64,000 bases of DNA from an uncultured Nitrososphaerales archaeon (GCA_963695855.1 CAVOHZ010000003.1:192001-256000); one strand, 5' to 3'. Counted from the first letter of the stretch, positions 20,873-31,315 are shown. The notes: generated by a model not told the origin, from the sequence alone. Numbers and translations are program-made.

Positions 20873-21591
20873 ATTTGAACAAGCAACTTGGTCAAAATTA
20901 TTTAATTAGTAAAAAAATAGTAACAAAGATAATAGAAAACTCAGAGATTAAACCTGATGAAACCGTATGTGAAATGGGTTCGGGTAGAGGTGCAATGACA
21001 TTTGACCTGTGTAAAATAGCAAAATCTGTAAAGTCATTTGAATTAGATAAAAAATTGTATGAACAATTGTTCAAGAAAAGTATAAAATATAAAAACCTAG
21101 AATTAATTAATGAAGACATTTTAAAATATGAAAAACCGTTAGCTTTTGATGTCTTTGTTTCTAATATTCCGTACTCAAGAAGTAGAGATACAATATCGTG
21201 GTTAGCAACTAAAAAATTTAATAGAGCTTTAATAATGGTTCAAAAAGAATTTGCTGATAAGTTGAGAGCATCAAAAACAGAAACAAATTATAAGGCAATA
21301 TCAGCCATATCACAATATTGTTTTGACATTCATAAATTATTCGAAGTTGAAAAAGATGCCTTCTTTCCTAGACCAAAAGTGGAATCTGAAGCAATCAAGT
21401 TAACTCCAAAAAATTTAATGATTACTATGAATTTAATTTCCATTATACATTATATTTTTTCTTTTAAGAATAAAAAAGTAGCAAAAATTTCAAAAAAAAA
21501 TCAGATTGACTTAGAGATGAAAAACAGAAGGATAAGGGAACTTAATCCAGTAGAGATTTTTGAATTGGCTAAAAAAATTGGCCGCCTTTAA
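20869..21591 (+). CDS. rsmA: 16S rRNA adenine dimethyltransferase
   Basis: LGQNYL, EMGSGRG, SNIPY, MVQKEFA, FFPRPKVES. Confidence 0.93.
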   Translation: MNLNKQLGQNYLISKKIVTKIIENSEIKPDETVCEMGSGRGAMTFDLCKIAKSVKSFELDKKLYEQLFKKSIKYKNLELINEDILKYEKPLAFDVFVSNIPYSRSRDTISWLATKKFNRALIMVQKEFADKLRASKTETNYKAISAISQYCFDIHKLFEVEKDAFFPRPKVESEAIKLTPKNLMITMNLISIIHYIFSFKNKKVAKISKKNQIDLEMKNRRIRELNPVEIFELAKKIGRL

Positions 21592-21604
21592 GTGAGATAT
21601 TAAA

Positions 21605-22138
21605 ATGTATTTACCTAGTGATGATACTTTATTATTGATTGATTCAATAAATGGATATTCAGGTTTTTCAGCTTTAGAGATAGGCGTGGGCGCTGGTACC
21701 GTTTGTACAAAACTTAAGAACAATTTTGATTTTGTAGTAGGTATTGACATAGATATTCAAGCTATAAGATATTGTAGAAATAATATCAAGTCACAAATAA
21801 CATGGATATGTTGCGATGTCGTTTCCTGCATTACTGGAAAATTTGATCTTATTGTTAGCAATCCACCCTACTTACCTAATGACAAAAGACTTGACATAAA
21901 AGATAATACAATTTATGGTGGAAAAAATGGAGTCGAGACGACTATCAAGTTTATACAAGATTCATTATCATTACTTAAATCTGATGGAAAGTTAATGATT
22001 GTTGTTTCTTCAATTGGAACCATGAACGAACTAGATAAATTCATCATGAATAATAAGTTAGAAAAAAAGATAATAAATGAAAAGAAATTATTCTTCGAAA
22101 TTTTATACGTCTACGAAATTCTAAAAAAATGTGACTAA
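21605..22138 (+). CDS. HemK2/PrmC-family methyltransferase
   Basis: YLPSDDT.LL, EIGVGAG, SNPPYL. Confidence 0.9.
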   Translation: MYLPSDDTLLLIDSINGYSGFSALEIGVGAGTVCTKLKNNFDFVVGIDIDIQAIRYCRNNIKSQITWICCDVVSCITGKFDLIVSNPPYLPNDKRLDIKDNTIYGGKNGVETTIKFIQDSLSLLKSDGKLMIVVSSIGTMNELDKFIMNNKLEKKIINEKKLFFEILYVYEILKKCD

Positions 22139-22154
22139 ATGTTTTGTGAAATAA

Positions 22155-23180
22155 TCATTTTTGAAGTAATTTCGATGCACGAGATGAGATCTGCTCCGTC
22201 ATTTTTGAAAGTGTAGCACTTCCACCCAAATCATAGGTTACATATTTGTTTTCATTAATTACTTCTTCAGTAGCCCGAAATATCGCTCTTGATATTTCTT
22301 TTTCTCCAAGAAATTCTACCATCCAAGCACCAGAGCATATAGTCGCTACTGGGTTTACCTTATTTTGACCAGCATATTTTGGTGCACTACCATGAGCAGG
22401 TTCAAACATTGCAAATTTATCACCATAATTACCAGAGTAAACGTTGCCTATCGACCCAACATGGCCGGAAGCACATTCAGAAATAATATCCATAAATAAA
22501 TTCGTACTTAATAAGATGCTTTCATTGAAGCGTTCTGGATTCTTTACCAATTGCTGCGTAACATTATCTATATAATACTCTTCTATATCGATATCTGCAA
22601 AATCCTTATTAATTTTTTCGACAGCTGACATGAAGATTCCATCAGTTTCTTTTAGAATATTACGTTTAGTAATAACAAAAATCTTTTTAAATCGACGATC
22701 TTTGGTTACCTCAAACGCTTTTTTTGCTACTCGCTCACATCCTTTTTTTGTAATTTTGCGTATAGCTATGGCTGAATCATCACTTGTTTTGAATTCTATT
22801 CCAGAATAGAGACCTTCAGTCGATTCTCTGACACAAACAAAATTGAGGTTTAACTTCGAAGTTTTGTATGTTTTAATTGGTCTAATATTTGCATATAATT
22901 CAAATTTTTGTCGGATACTCACAGCAACGCTTCTAGGGGCCGACGGGTCAGGAATTGTGGTGGTGGGACCTTTGAAGCACGCATCGCTTTCTGAGAGCAT
23001 TTTCCAAACTTTATCCGATATATAGGAATTTGTTCTATTTTTTTTCCAATACTCTGAACCTGCTTCCACCGGTATTAATTCAACTCCTGTATTACATTCC
23101 TTTAAGACCTTCATCATAGCTGAGACTAATTCTGGTCCCGTACCATCTCCCCTAATCACTATAGCTTTTTTTGGTGTCAA
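22155..23180 (-). CDS. Isocitrate/isopropylmalate dehydrogenase family protein
   Basis: GDGTGPE, YANIRP, RESTEGLY, FEPAHGSAP, NPVA. Confidence 0.93.
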   Translation of the reverse strand: MTPKKAIVIRGDGTGPELVSAMMKVLKECNTGVELIPVEAGSEYWKKNRTNSYISDKVWKMLSESDACFKGPTTTIPDPSAPRSVAVSIRQKFELYANIRPIKTYKTSKLNLNFVCVRESTEGLYSGIEFKTSDDSAIAIRKITKKGCERVAKKAFEVTKDRRFKKIFVITKRNILKETDGIFMSAVEKINKDFADIDIEEYYIDNVTQQLVKNPERFNESILLSTNLFMDIISECASGHVGSIGNVYSGNYGDKFAMFEPAHGSAPKYAGQNKVNPVATICSGAWMVEFLGEKEISRAIFRATEEVINENKYVTYDLGGSATLSKMTEQISSRASKLLQK

Positions 23181-23217
23181 AGTATCAAAAATTCACTAAA
23201 GCTAATCTATTTATATT

Positions 23218-23781
23218 TTATTTGGATTTCAATTCCATTTTTACTACCATGTCTTTTGTAAATGGTGGCATCAATGTAGAATTTGTAACCTTAGTAAATT
23301 CATTCTTTTCAGAGTAATAAGAATATTGGATATCGTATTTATCAAGATCAATAATTTCGTCAATAAAAGCGCCAGTACTATTATCAACAACATGAATAGT
23401 GTTATTATCAGATGTATAAATTTTAAGGAAATTGTCCATTGTCATCCTAATCGGTCTAATGTATTGTAGATGAATATTTTGACCAACCTCATCTGTGTGA
23501 ATCAGGTGAATACATTCATTTCCGTCTTTGATTTCTTTCCCAACAGAATCTGGTAACAATTTCTGCTTATCATCAACAAAAATTTGAATTATTGGATATA
23601 AATTAAATGTATCTACATTATGAGCTTTTAAGCATATATCTAAGACAGGGGGTGGAGGAGACAGTTGCATTATAATAATTCCCGCCAAAGTAGCTACACC
23701 TATCATTATTGGTGGGAGTAAAAGTTGTTTTTTTCCAATCTTTTTTGATGGTTTTATAGGCTTAAACCGTCTTTTTGGCAT
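23218..23781 (-). CDS. Membrane-anchored hypothetical protein
   Basis: Basic N-terminus, one TM helix, CIHLIHTD motif. Confidence 0.75.
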   Translation of the reverse strand: MPKRRFKPIKPSKKIGKKQLLLPPIMIGVATLAGIIIMQLSPPPPVLDICLKAHNVDTFNLYPIIQIFVDDKQKLLPDSVGKEIKDGNECIHLIHTDEVGQNIHLQYIRPIRMTMDNFLKIYTSDNNTIHVVDNSTGAFIDEIIDLDKYDIQYSYYSEKNEFTKVTNSTLMPPFTKDMVVKMELKSK

Positions 23782-23929
23782 TATGTAATTTATTGTCTTG
23801 GAATTTGAATATTAGAGTCTTTCTATATTATTTTTTCTACTATCAATTACAATTTTATGCATAAAATTGATAATTTATTTTACAGATATTTTTGGTATTA
23901 TTTAATAATCTTGAAAAGGAAAAAATGAT

Positions 23930-24679
23930 ATGAGAATAGTTCAAATTTCAGATATTCATGTGGGGAGTTATTTCAGACAAGATGTATTTGACACATTAGT
24001 AGATGAAATAAATTCTATAATAAAACCTGATTGCATAATAATAACTGGAGATCTTACTGATGAAGGACTATTATTTCAATTCGAAAATGCTAAAAATCAA
24101 ATCAGGAGATTAGATTGCCCCAATAAAATAATACTTGCGGGAAATCATGACTATAGACATACTGGATATTTAATATTTAAAAAATTTTTTCCATCCAAGA
24201 ATCAAATTTACGAGTTCGATGACGCTGCTATTATAACACTCGGGACTGCCAGGCCTGATCGAGATGAAGGAGAGGTAGGATTCCGACAAAATTCATGGAT
24301 GGAGAAGACCCTTGCAAAAATCAACAAGGTGAAGATCATAGCAATGCATCATCATTTAATTAGTATTCCAGATACTGGAACTGATAAAGTGATTGTGTAT
24401 GATGCTGGCGATTCTCTTAGATCTTGTCTTCAATCGTCTGTTAATTTGGTTCTCTGTGGTCATAAGCATAGACCTTGGCTATGGAACTTGGGAAATTTAA
24501 AAATTGCCTATGCAGGAACAGCAAGTTCTTCCAGATTTAGAGGTTTCTTTGAAAATTCCTATAACATCGTAGAAATATTCGATAATAAAAAATTTAACTT
24601 GGATATCAAGATAGTAGGAGGAAAACGTTTCCCACTAATTGATTTGGTAGAGAAATACAAAGCATATCTAGATAGTTGA
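23930..24679 (+). CDS. Calcineurin-like metallophosphoesterase
   Basis: SDIH, TGD, GNHD, HHH, GHKH motifs. Confidence 0.92.
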   Translation: MRIVQISDIHVGSYFRQDVFDTLVDEINSIIKPDCIIITGDLTDEGLLFQFENAKNQIRRLDCPNKIILAGNHDYRHTGYLIFKKFFPSKNQIYEFDDAAIITLGTARPDRDEGEVGFRQNSWMEKTLAKINKVKIIAMHHHLISIPDTGTDKVIVYDAGDSLRSCLQSSVNLVLCGHKHRPWLWNLGNLKIAYAGTASSSRFRGFFENSYNIVEIFDNKKFNLDIKIVGGKRFPLIDLVEKYKAYLDS

Positions 24680-24760
24680 TTTTTTTACTTGATTAGAAAA
24701 TTCCTAGTAGTTTTTTATATCATTTCAGTTAAAAATATAAAATCTAATCACATATTTTTA

Positions 24761-25198
24761 ATGAAAATTTTGCTATCGATCAATATCGATGGGGCATCCC
24801 GAGGAAATCCTGGTCCATCTGGGATTGGAATCTCGATCATTAAAAGAGATAAACTAATCTTAAGATATGGTGAGTTTATAGGTATTCAGACAAATATTCA
24901 GTCAGAATATTTTGCCTTAAAAAGGGCCCTCGAAATAGCGATTGGAATCGATAAGGATATAATGATCTTTTCTGACTGTTTGTCAATAGTTAAACAACGA
25001 AAAATAAAAAACAGAGTAAGAAAAAAAGGGTTAAGAATGCTTACAAGGCAAATAAGTAATCTTGAAAAAAATTTTAACTATATATCTTATATGTTTATAT
25101 CCAGAAGAAAAAATGTCAATGTTGATAGGATTGCAAATCAAGCAATAGACGATTATTTTAATACGAACAATATCCCCTTATATAGCAGGCAGCAGTGA
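24761..25198 (+). CDS. rnhA: Ribonuclease HI
   Basis: DGASRGNPG, EY.AL, SD, N..VD.IAN; ATG at 24761 chosen as start. Confidence 0.88.
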   Translation: MKILLSINIDGASRGNPGPSGIGISIIKRDKLILRYGEFIGIQTNIQSEYFALKRALEIAIGIDKDIMIFSDCLSIVKQRKIKNRVRKKGLRMLTRQISNLEKNFNYISYMFISRRKNVNVDRIANQAIDDYFNTNNIPLYSRQQ

Positions 25199-25254
25199 AG
25201 AATCAGAGTTAATCTTGAAAAAATTATGTAATAAAGGCATTTGACTGAGCTGCC
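25188..25254 (+). ncRNA. Box C/D sRNA, predicted to guide 23S rRNA helix 69/71 methylation
   Basis: Perfect stem GGCAGC/GCTGCC; C GTGAAGA 25195-25201 (contains the rnhA stop), D' TTGA 25215-25218, D CTGA 25245-25248; guides TCAGAGTTA and AAGGCATTTG. Confidence 0.8.
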
Positions 25255-25311
25255 AATATATAAGATTTTATCTAAAAGTTTATGTAACGAGTTATTCGAT
25301 TTTATTTAAAC

Positions 25312-25902
25312 TTGTTAGGAAAGAAAGATAAGAAGTATAGTTATATTAAGGATATTGTTATCATAATAATAGGCGTAGCAATATTCTGGTTTGCAGTAAA
25401 GATTTTTTTAAATGTAGATAATCCATTTTACGTAGTTTCTAGTGGAAGTATGGTACCTGTTTTGAACGTAGGCGATATTTTAGTAGTTAGAGATGGAAAT
25501 TCTTTTGAAAATTTGAAAATCGGTGATATTATCGTATTTAATAGACCCGATGGTGCAGACAGGGTAATAGTTCATAGAATAATTGATATCACCGATAAAT
25601 TCGGGGAAAAAATTATAGTTACAAAAGGCGATGCGAATGACGGAATTATTCCCGGAACAGACTTTCCTATTAGAGAAAAAGATTATATAGGAAAAGTCGA
25701 GAAGGCAGAGTTACCTTATGTGATTCCAAAGATTGGGATCGTATTAAAATACATTAACCCACCAGTGAATTACATAATAATAGCTGGAATAATTGGTGCA
25801 CTAATTTATACAAACCTAAGAAAGAAAAAACATGAAAATGAAAAAATAGATAACAACGAGAATAGCATGAGCAGTAACGATGGAAATACTGGAAATAGAT
25901 GA
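25312..25902 (+). CDS. Signal peptidase I (archaeal/ER type)
   Basis: VSSGSM.P, GDI, IVHR, TKGDAN; TM helices at both ends. Confidence 0.93.
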   Translation: MLGKKDKKYSYIKDIVIIIIGVAIFWFAVKIFLNVDNPFYVVSSGSMVPVLNVGDILVVRDGNSFENLKIGDIIVFNRPDGADRVIVHRIIDITDKFGEKIIVTKGDANDGIIPGTDFPIREKDYIGKVEKAELPYVIPKIGIVLKYINPPVNYIIIAGIIGALIYTNLRKKKHENEKIDNNENSMSSNDGNTGNR

Positions 25903-25937
25903 GCTTCTCGAGTAATGATAAGGATCTGAATTACCTG

Positions 25938-27059
25938 CTATACTGCGTTAATTTTTTTGATAATTGTTAAAATATCCTGATCAGTCAACATATGATCCAA
26001 ACCCACTTTTTGTCCTTCGAATTTAACACTATTGCCCCATACTAATGCGAATTTAAAATCTCTAAGCAAATTTCTATGTAATTTAACACAAATGTCTTTG
26101 ACTCTTGTTCCTTTTCTCACTATTAGTGGTTCTTCAAAATCAGTTTCTTTTCCCTTTGGTCTCATGTATATTCTTATAAAGTCCAATTTTTGAAAAATAG
26201 ACTCTTTTAATTTTTCTATATTTTTAGTCGAATCTGCTGAAACTGGAATAAAGATATCTGGAAAGTTTTTTACAATTTCATTCAGATTATTGTTATCAAT
26301 CAAATCTATTTTATTTAGAACTGTTATACATTGCGGATACACCCTATTCTCAGATAATACGTCAATCAAATCATCGGTGGTGAAATTTTTCTCTCTGATA
26401 GTTATTCTGCCATTGTGTATGCCATAAATTTTACACATTTCCCTGACTAATGGTTCTGGGACCTGTATTATGGAATCCGAGCTTACAGATACACCGCCTC
26501 TTTCAGTTTTTGCAACCAGAACATGAGGTGGTTTTTTATTAACCTTAATACCGATCTCGGATAATTCTTTAATTAAAATAGAAAAATGATGTGGTTGAAA
26601 AACATCTACAATTACTAAAACGAGATCGGCATTCCTTGCTACTGATAAGACCTTCTTACCCATTCCTTTCCCTGAAGCAGCACCCTTAATTATACCAGGC
26701 AAATCGATTATCTGTATCTTTGCTCCGCGATAATTCATCATACCAGGAATAGCAGTTAGTGTTGTAAATTGGTATGAAGCAATTCTTGAGTTTGCATTAG
26801 TTAGGGCATTAAGAAGCGTTGATTTTCCAACACTAGGAAATCCTATGAGGACCACTGTTGCATCACCTTCTTTTTTTACATCATATCCAGTACTTCCCTT
26901 GCCAGATGATACTGTTCTACCGTGTTTATTTTGCTCGAGATCTCTTCTTAATTTTGCAATTTTTGCCTTTAAAAGACCTATATGGAATTCCGTAGCTTTA
27001 TTTATTTGGGTTTTGTGTATTTCATCTTCTATCGCTTTAATTTTTTCAGGAATCCCCAT
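25938..27059 (-). CDS. DRG/OBG-family GTP-binding protein with TGS domain
   Basis: TQINKATEFH, GFPSVGKS, FTT, DLPG, NKID, GQKVGLDH. Confidence 0.95.
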   Translation of the reverse strand: MGIPEKIKAIEDEIHKTQINKATEFHIGLLKAKIAKLRRDLEQNKHGRTVSSGKGSTGYDVKKEGDATVVLIGFPSVGKSTLLNALTNANSRIASYQFTTLTAIPGMMNYRGAKIQIIDLPGIIKGAASGKGMGKKVLSVARNADLVLVIVDVFQPHHFSILIKELSEIGIKVNKKPPHVLVAKTERGGVSVSSDSIIQVPEPLVREMCKIYGIHNGRITIREKNFTTDDLIDVLSENRVYPQCITVLNKIDLIDNNNLNEIVKNFPDIFIPVSADSTKNIEKLKESIFQKLDFIRIYMRPKGKETDFEEPLIVRKGTRVKDICVKLHRNLLRDFKFALVWGNSVKFEGQKVGLDHMLTDQDILTIIKKINAV

Positions 27060-27102
27060 TTCTACAATAATATAATGATCATAGACAATTAAAAAATCTT
27101 AT

Positions 27103-27654
27103 CTAGAAAATTCTAAAAAATTTCAAACCATGCATTATGGCTATTAGCGAACCTGATACTATCATTAGGATCCATGGCATTGCAGGTAATTTTGGAGAGT
27201 CAAGAATAATCTGATGATTGTCAATAACATGGGTTATATAGTCTCTGACTTTAGCATTCCAGATCTTGTATTCTATCTTGTGTTTTTTCAATATAGATTC
27301 TATTTCATAAATCACAGGACATCTTGCTGACCTAATATGTTGAATATATTTCCTTGAAATTTCGACCTCTCCTTGAAGTGCTATTAAACCATGATTTATT
27401 TCTAAAAGTCTGACATGTATTTCCCAAGGTTTTTTCAATCTCTTGGCAAAGCCATGACCTATTTGTCCCGGTTTCTTATTTTCAAACTTTACCTTTTTAA
27501 ATCCTTCAGCTATAAGAGTTTGAACTATTTCATCTTTTTTGATTTTTACCATCAAACTCAGATGATCAAATTGTATATCCTCGAATTTTATCGATTCTTG
27601 TAGTCCTTTTAATATATTTATTTTTCGAGGATATCTCGTAAGGAACTCTGACAT
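27103..27654 (-). CDS. Conserved hypothetical protein with C-terminal TM helix
   Basis: 183 aa ORF; PWEIHVRL, GEVEISR.Y.QH. Confidence 0.75.
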   Translation of the reverse strand: MSEFLTRYPRKINILKGLQESIKFEDIQFDHLSLMVKIKKDEIVQTLIAEGFKKVKFENKKPGQIGHGFAKRLKKPWEIHVRLLEINHGLIALQGEVEISRKYIQHIRSARCPVIYEIESILKKHKIEYKIWNAKVRDYITHVIDNHQIILDSPKLPAMPWILMIVSGSLIAIMHGLKFFRIF

Positions 27655-27717
27655 TCGGTTATAAAAATTTTGAGGTCATGGTTATATTAAAATGCTATGT
27701 TAATAATACAACTATTG

Positions 27718-28473
27718 TCAAGCAAGAAATGAATATCCTCTAAGATAAATGTCGTTATTGTAATCTATTGCAAGATTCTTCCAAGTCAATCTTCTATCAG
27801 TTAGAGGTACATTCGAACCACGAATAACAACTATAGGTATAGATTCGTCACTTTCTCCCATCATAAATGTTCCCATAGTTGCGAAGCAATCGGCAGAAGC
27901 CTTTAGAGTATATTTGATTTTTTTACCCCAGAGATCTTTTTTTCCTCTTAAATCTTCAACGGGTTCTATTCCGGAACACCCAATAGCTACACCGATAGTG
28001 CCCATTCGTGTTGGCATCAACCTACTGTCTGAAATAATAACACCAATCTTCAATCCATGATTTACAAGGAAGTGTATTCTAATATTTTCAGCAGTCGTAA
28101 AAGGATCCTTTGGTAAACATATTACATAATTTTCTGGAACATTAGATTTATCGATACCTGCGTTGGGAGCTAAAATACCGTCTTTTATGGAAAGCAAAAA
28201 TCCTGGTAATCCACCAAATATAATATCCGATTCTCTGATTACCATTTCAACAAATCTAGGATCCATATAGTACTGCCTTGCAAGTTTCTTTGCCTCTTGA
28301 CTAACTTTTACAGTTGAAAGATCAACTAGAGATCCCTCACTCATAGAAACAAATTTACTTGAAATAACTATGACATCTCCCTCTTTAAAAATAAAGTCGG
28401 TCGATTCAATAACATTTGGTAGGTCAAAAAGTGTTTTTTTAGTTTTAATCCTTAAAGCAAATATTTCGATCAA
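27718..28473 (-). CDS. cofE: Coenzyme F420-0:L-glutamate ligase
   Basis: VISSKFVS..EG, NAGIDKSN, ISDS, R.G..GVAIG, DLRG..DL.G, MGE..E..P. Confidence 0.92.
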   Translation of the reverse strand: MIEIFALRIKTKKTLFDLPNVIESTDFIFKEGDVIVISSKFVSMSEGSLVDLSTVKVSQEAKKLARQYYMDPRFVEMVIRESDIIFGGLPGFLLSIKDGILAPNAGIDKSNVPENYVICLPKDPFTTAENIRIHFLVNHGLKIGVIISDSRLMPTRMGTIGVAIGCSGIEPVEDLRGKKDLWGKKIKYTLKASADCFATMGTFMMGESDESIPIVVIRGSNVPLTDRRLTWKNLAIDYNNDIYLRGYSFLA

Positions 28474-28566
28474 TTCAATATTTATGAAATAATTAATATA
28501 GTTACATTTTTATTTTTTTAGAACGTATTAATTCTTAGAAACTGAAATTTTGGTTGAAAAAAGAAA

Positions 28567-29844
28567 ATGGGAATGAATATTACTGAAAAAATATTAGCCA
28601 GGGCATCAGGTAAATCTATCGTTTCGCCTGATGATGTAGTAATAGCGAATATAGACAAGGTTATGATGCATGACGTTTCTGGCCCTGGTGTCATTAAAGT
28701 TTTCTCTGAATGGGAAAAGAAGGGTATTAAATTAGAACAGGTGTGGGATCCGGATAAAGTATGGATCAGCGAAGACCACTTCGTTCCTGCATCAGATATA
28801 ATATCTGCTAATAATATTTCACTTTTATCTAACTGGTCAAAGAAATACAATATTAAAAAACACTATAAATATGGTTTAGGCCAGTATGGGATCTGCCATA
28901 CATTATCTCATGAAGAAGGTTTGATTTTGCCTGGTGAGGCATATGTAGGTGGCGATTCTCACACAAATACTTCGGGAGCTATCGGAGCGCTCGCTGTTGG
29001 ATTAGGGCATACAGATATTGCATATGTTCTGATGAATGGAAAAATTTGGTTTAAAGTTCCAGAGACAATATTATTCAAACTAAGTGGAAAAAAACCAGAA
29101 CATATTATGGCAAAGGACATTATTTTAAAAATTATTGGAGATATCGGAACTGACGGTGGCAATTACAAGACAATGCAGTTTACAGGAGAGGTCGTTGAAA
29201 ATTTGGTGATGGAGGAAAGACTAACACTTACAAATATGACAACAGAAGCAGGAGCTAAAAATGGGATAATTGAACCAGATAATACAACCTATGATTATTT
29301 AAGTTCCAGAACCACCGATAATTATTATCCTATATTGGGTGACCGTGATGCAGAATATTCTGAAATTTATACATACGAAATTGAAAAATTAGAACCTACC
29401 ATTGCAAAACCATTCTCTCCTCAGAACATCACCGTCGCAAGAGAATTGCAAGGGATTGAATTGGATAAAGCATACATAGGATCTTGTACTGGAGCTAAAT
29501 TGGAAGACCTGAGAATGGCTGCCAAAATCTTGAAGGGAAGAAAGGTAAGAATCAGGACAGAGGTGCTTCCTGCAGCACAGTCAATATACCTAAAAGCAGT
29601 AAATGAGGGATTGATAAATATTTTCATAGAAGCTGGTGCGGTTGTTGGTCCGCCAACATGTGGAGCGTGTTGTGGTGCTCATATGGGAGTACTCGCAAAA
29701 GACGAGATATGTATAAGTACGACTAACAGGAACTTTCCCGGAAGAATGGGTCATATCGAATCGAAGACATATTTAGCTTCACCATTGGTAGTTGCGGCCT
29801 CAGCAATCAGTGGAAAAATAGTAGATCCAAGAGATGTGAGATAG
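28567..29844 (+). CDS. leuC: 3-isopropylmalate dehydratase / homoaconitase large subunit
   Basis: EDH, GICH, GDSHT, IGSCT, CGAC.G, STTNRNFPGRMG. Confidence 0.93.
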   Translation: MGMNITEKILARASGKSIVSPDDVVIANIDKVMMHDVSGPGVIKVFSEWEKKGIKLEQVWDPDKVWISEDHFVPASDIISANNISLLSNWSKKYNIKKHYKYGLGQYGICHTLSHEEGLILPGEAYVGGDSHTNTSGAIGALAVGLGHTDIAYVLMNGKIWFKVPETILFKLSGKKPEHIMAKDIILKIIGDIGTDGGNYKTMQFTGEVVENLVMEERLTLTNMTTEAGAKNGIIEPDNTTYDYLSSRTTDNYYPILGDRDAEYSEIYTYEIEKLEPTIAKPFSPQNITVARELQGIELDKAYIGSCTGAKLEDLRMAAKILKGRKVRIRTEVLPAAQSIYLKAVNEGLINIFIEAGAVVGPPTCGACCGAHMGVLAKDEICISTTNRNFPGRMGHIESKTYLASPLVVAASAISGKIVDPRDVR

Positions 29845-29849
29845 AGAAA

Positions 29850-30341
29850 ATGAAAATTTTGAAAGGAAAGGTACACAAATATGACAAGGACAACATAGAC
29901 ACTGACGTCATTATTCCAGGTCCTTACCTTAAGATCCATGATCATAAAGAATTAGCAAAACATGCAATGGAAGGACTCGATCCTAATTTTTCAGACAAGA
30001 TATCTGAAGGAGATTTTCTTTTGACAGGCAAGAATTTTGGTTGCGGATCGAGCAGAGAACATGCTCCAATAGCATTACATGAAGTCGGGATAAGAGCAAT
30101 TTTATCACCTTCATTTGCAAGAATCTTTTATAGAAATGCAGTAGACGGTGGATATTTGTTGCCAATTGAAATAGATAAAGACATAGTTATGAAAATTTCT
30201 GATCAAGACATATTGGAAATTGATCTAAAAGAAAATAAAATAGCGAATTTGACTAAAAATGAGACATATTCTATCAAACCATTCCCCGAATTAATTTCAA
30301 AAATAATAAATGCAGGCGGATTACTCAACTTTAGAATTTAG
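29850..30341 (+). CDS. leuD: 3-isopropylmalate dehydratase small subunit
   Basis: NIDTDVIIP, NFGCGSSREHA, FARIFYRN. Confidence 0.93.
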   Translation: MKILKGKVHKYDKDNIDTDVIIPGPYLKIHDHKELAKHAMEGLDPNFSDKISEGDFLLTGKNFGCGSSREHAPIALHEVGIRAILSPSFARIFYRNAVDGGYLLPIEIDKDIVMKISDQDILEIDLKENKIANLTKNETYSIKPFPELISKIINAGGLLNFRI

Positions 30342-30487
30342 CAAATAACAGATTTTTTATTTTTTTAAACAAATTTAATATTTATTTATTCCTAATCCTC
30401 TAATAATATAAAAAAATATTATAGTATCTTATTTTTTAGTGGTTACTTTGATTGTTAGATATCAATAAAAAAGAGATATTGCTAGTT

Positions 30488-31315
30488 TTATTCGCTAGCA
30501 GAGTCGTCATTATTATCTTTGTTATCTTTGTTATCTTTGTTATCTTTGTTATCTTTGTTATCTTTGTTATCTTTTTTATCTTTTTTATCTTTTTTATCTT
30601 TTTTATCTTCGTCTCCATCGTCGGCAGCTTGGCCTGTAGGAGGAGATTGTTGTGCCTCAGCTATTGGTGCAGGACCGATAGAATCAAAAGTTTCTGCTTG
30701 GAGAACATTACCCGTTACGGTATAGGTTGCAGCAAAAGGATCTCCATTTAAAGTATGCAAGGCTAGAGCATTGCCTGCAAATGGCAACGATGCAGCATTT
30801 ATTGGACCATTATATTGCGGTGTTATTAAACTAATAGCGACTGTTCCTTTTCCTAACGGTGCTGTTGCAAGACCTCCATAGAATGGATCAACTGCAGTAT
30901 TATTTGCAAAATTTTCTAATACGACTACCTCAACTGGTTTACTTGCAGTATATGTAAGAGTTCCCTCGTAAATAGATCCATCGGCTCTTGGTGGTAGGAG
31001 AATAGCTAATTGATGTGCTTCATGACCAGGAAGTGGATCTTGTGTAGAAGTTACCGTTCCTTGTTGAGCAAATGAACCACCTGTCTCTACAGATGATGCT
31101 TTTGGCTCTGGTATGGCAGGAACAGCGGCGCCTTCGGTTGCATTAGCAGTGCCTTGTGTTGCATTAGCAGTCCCTTCTGGTGCACTAATAGATTCAATTT
31201 CACTCTCTTGTGCAAGAATATTTGTAAAAGAAAATCCCACTATTTGTAGACTTAGAACTAAAAGTCCTAGAATAAATCCGGTCAGCATACTTGTATATGC
31301 TAATTTTTTCGACAT
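30488..31315 (-). CDS. Secreted protein with C-terminal charged (DKK/DNK)n tail
   Basis: Signal peptide from the ATG at 31315 (MSKKLAY...); QDPLPGHEAHQ domain; tail encoded by a tandem repeat. Confidence 0.8.
   Translation of the reverse strand: MSKKLAYTSMLTGFILGLLVLSLQIVGFSFTNILAQESEIESISAPEGTANATQGTANATEGAAVPAIPEPKASSVETGGSFAQQGTVTSTQDPLPGHEAHQLAILLPPRADGSIYEGTLTYTASKPVEVVVLENFANNTAVDPFYGGLATAPLGKGTVAISLITPQYNGPINAASLPFAGNALALHTLNGDPFAATYTVTGNVLQAETFDSIGPAPIAEAQQSPPTGQAADDGDEDKKDKKDKKDKKDNKDNKDNKDNKDNKDNKDNNDDSASE
30513..30609. repeat. 9-bp coding tandem repeat, ~10.8 copies
   Basis: (TTATCTTTG)x6 then (TTATCTTTT)x4 plus a partial copy. Confidence 0.95.

Noticed and set aside
25871-25946. 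Possible fourth C/D-like or K-loop RNA (ATGATAA-ggat-CTGA, flanking GCAGTA/TACTGC)
   Set aside because: No convincing box C, and the D guide would be only ~4 nt
30436-30751. ORFs with IFV/KIT/LLS repeats
   Set aside because: Alternative frames of the 9-bp tandem repeat
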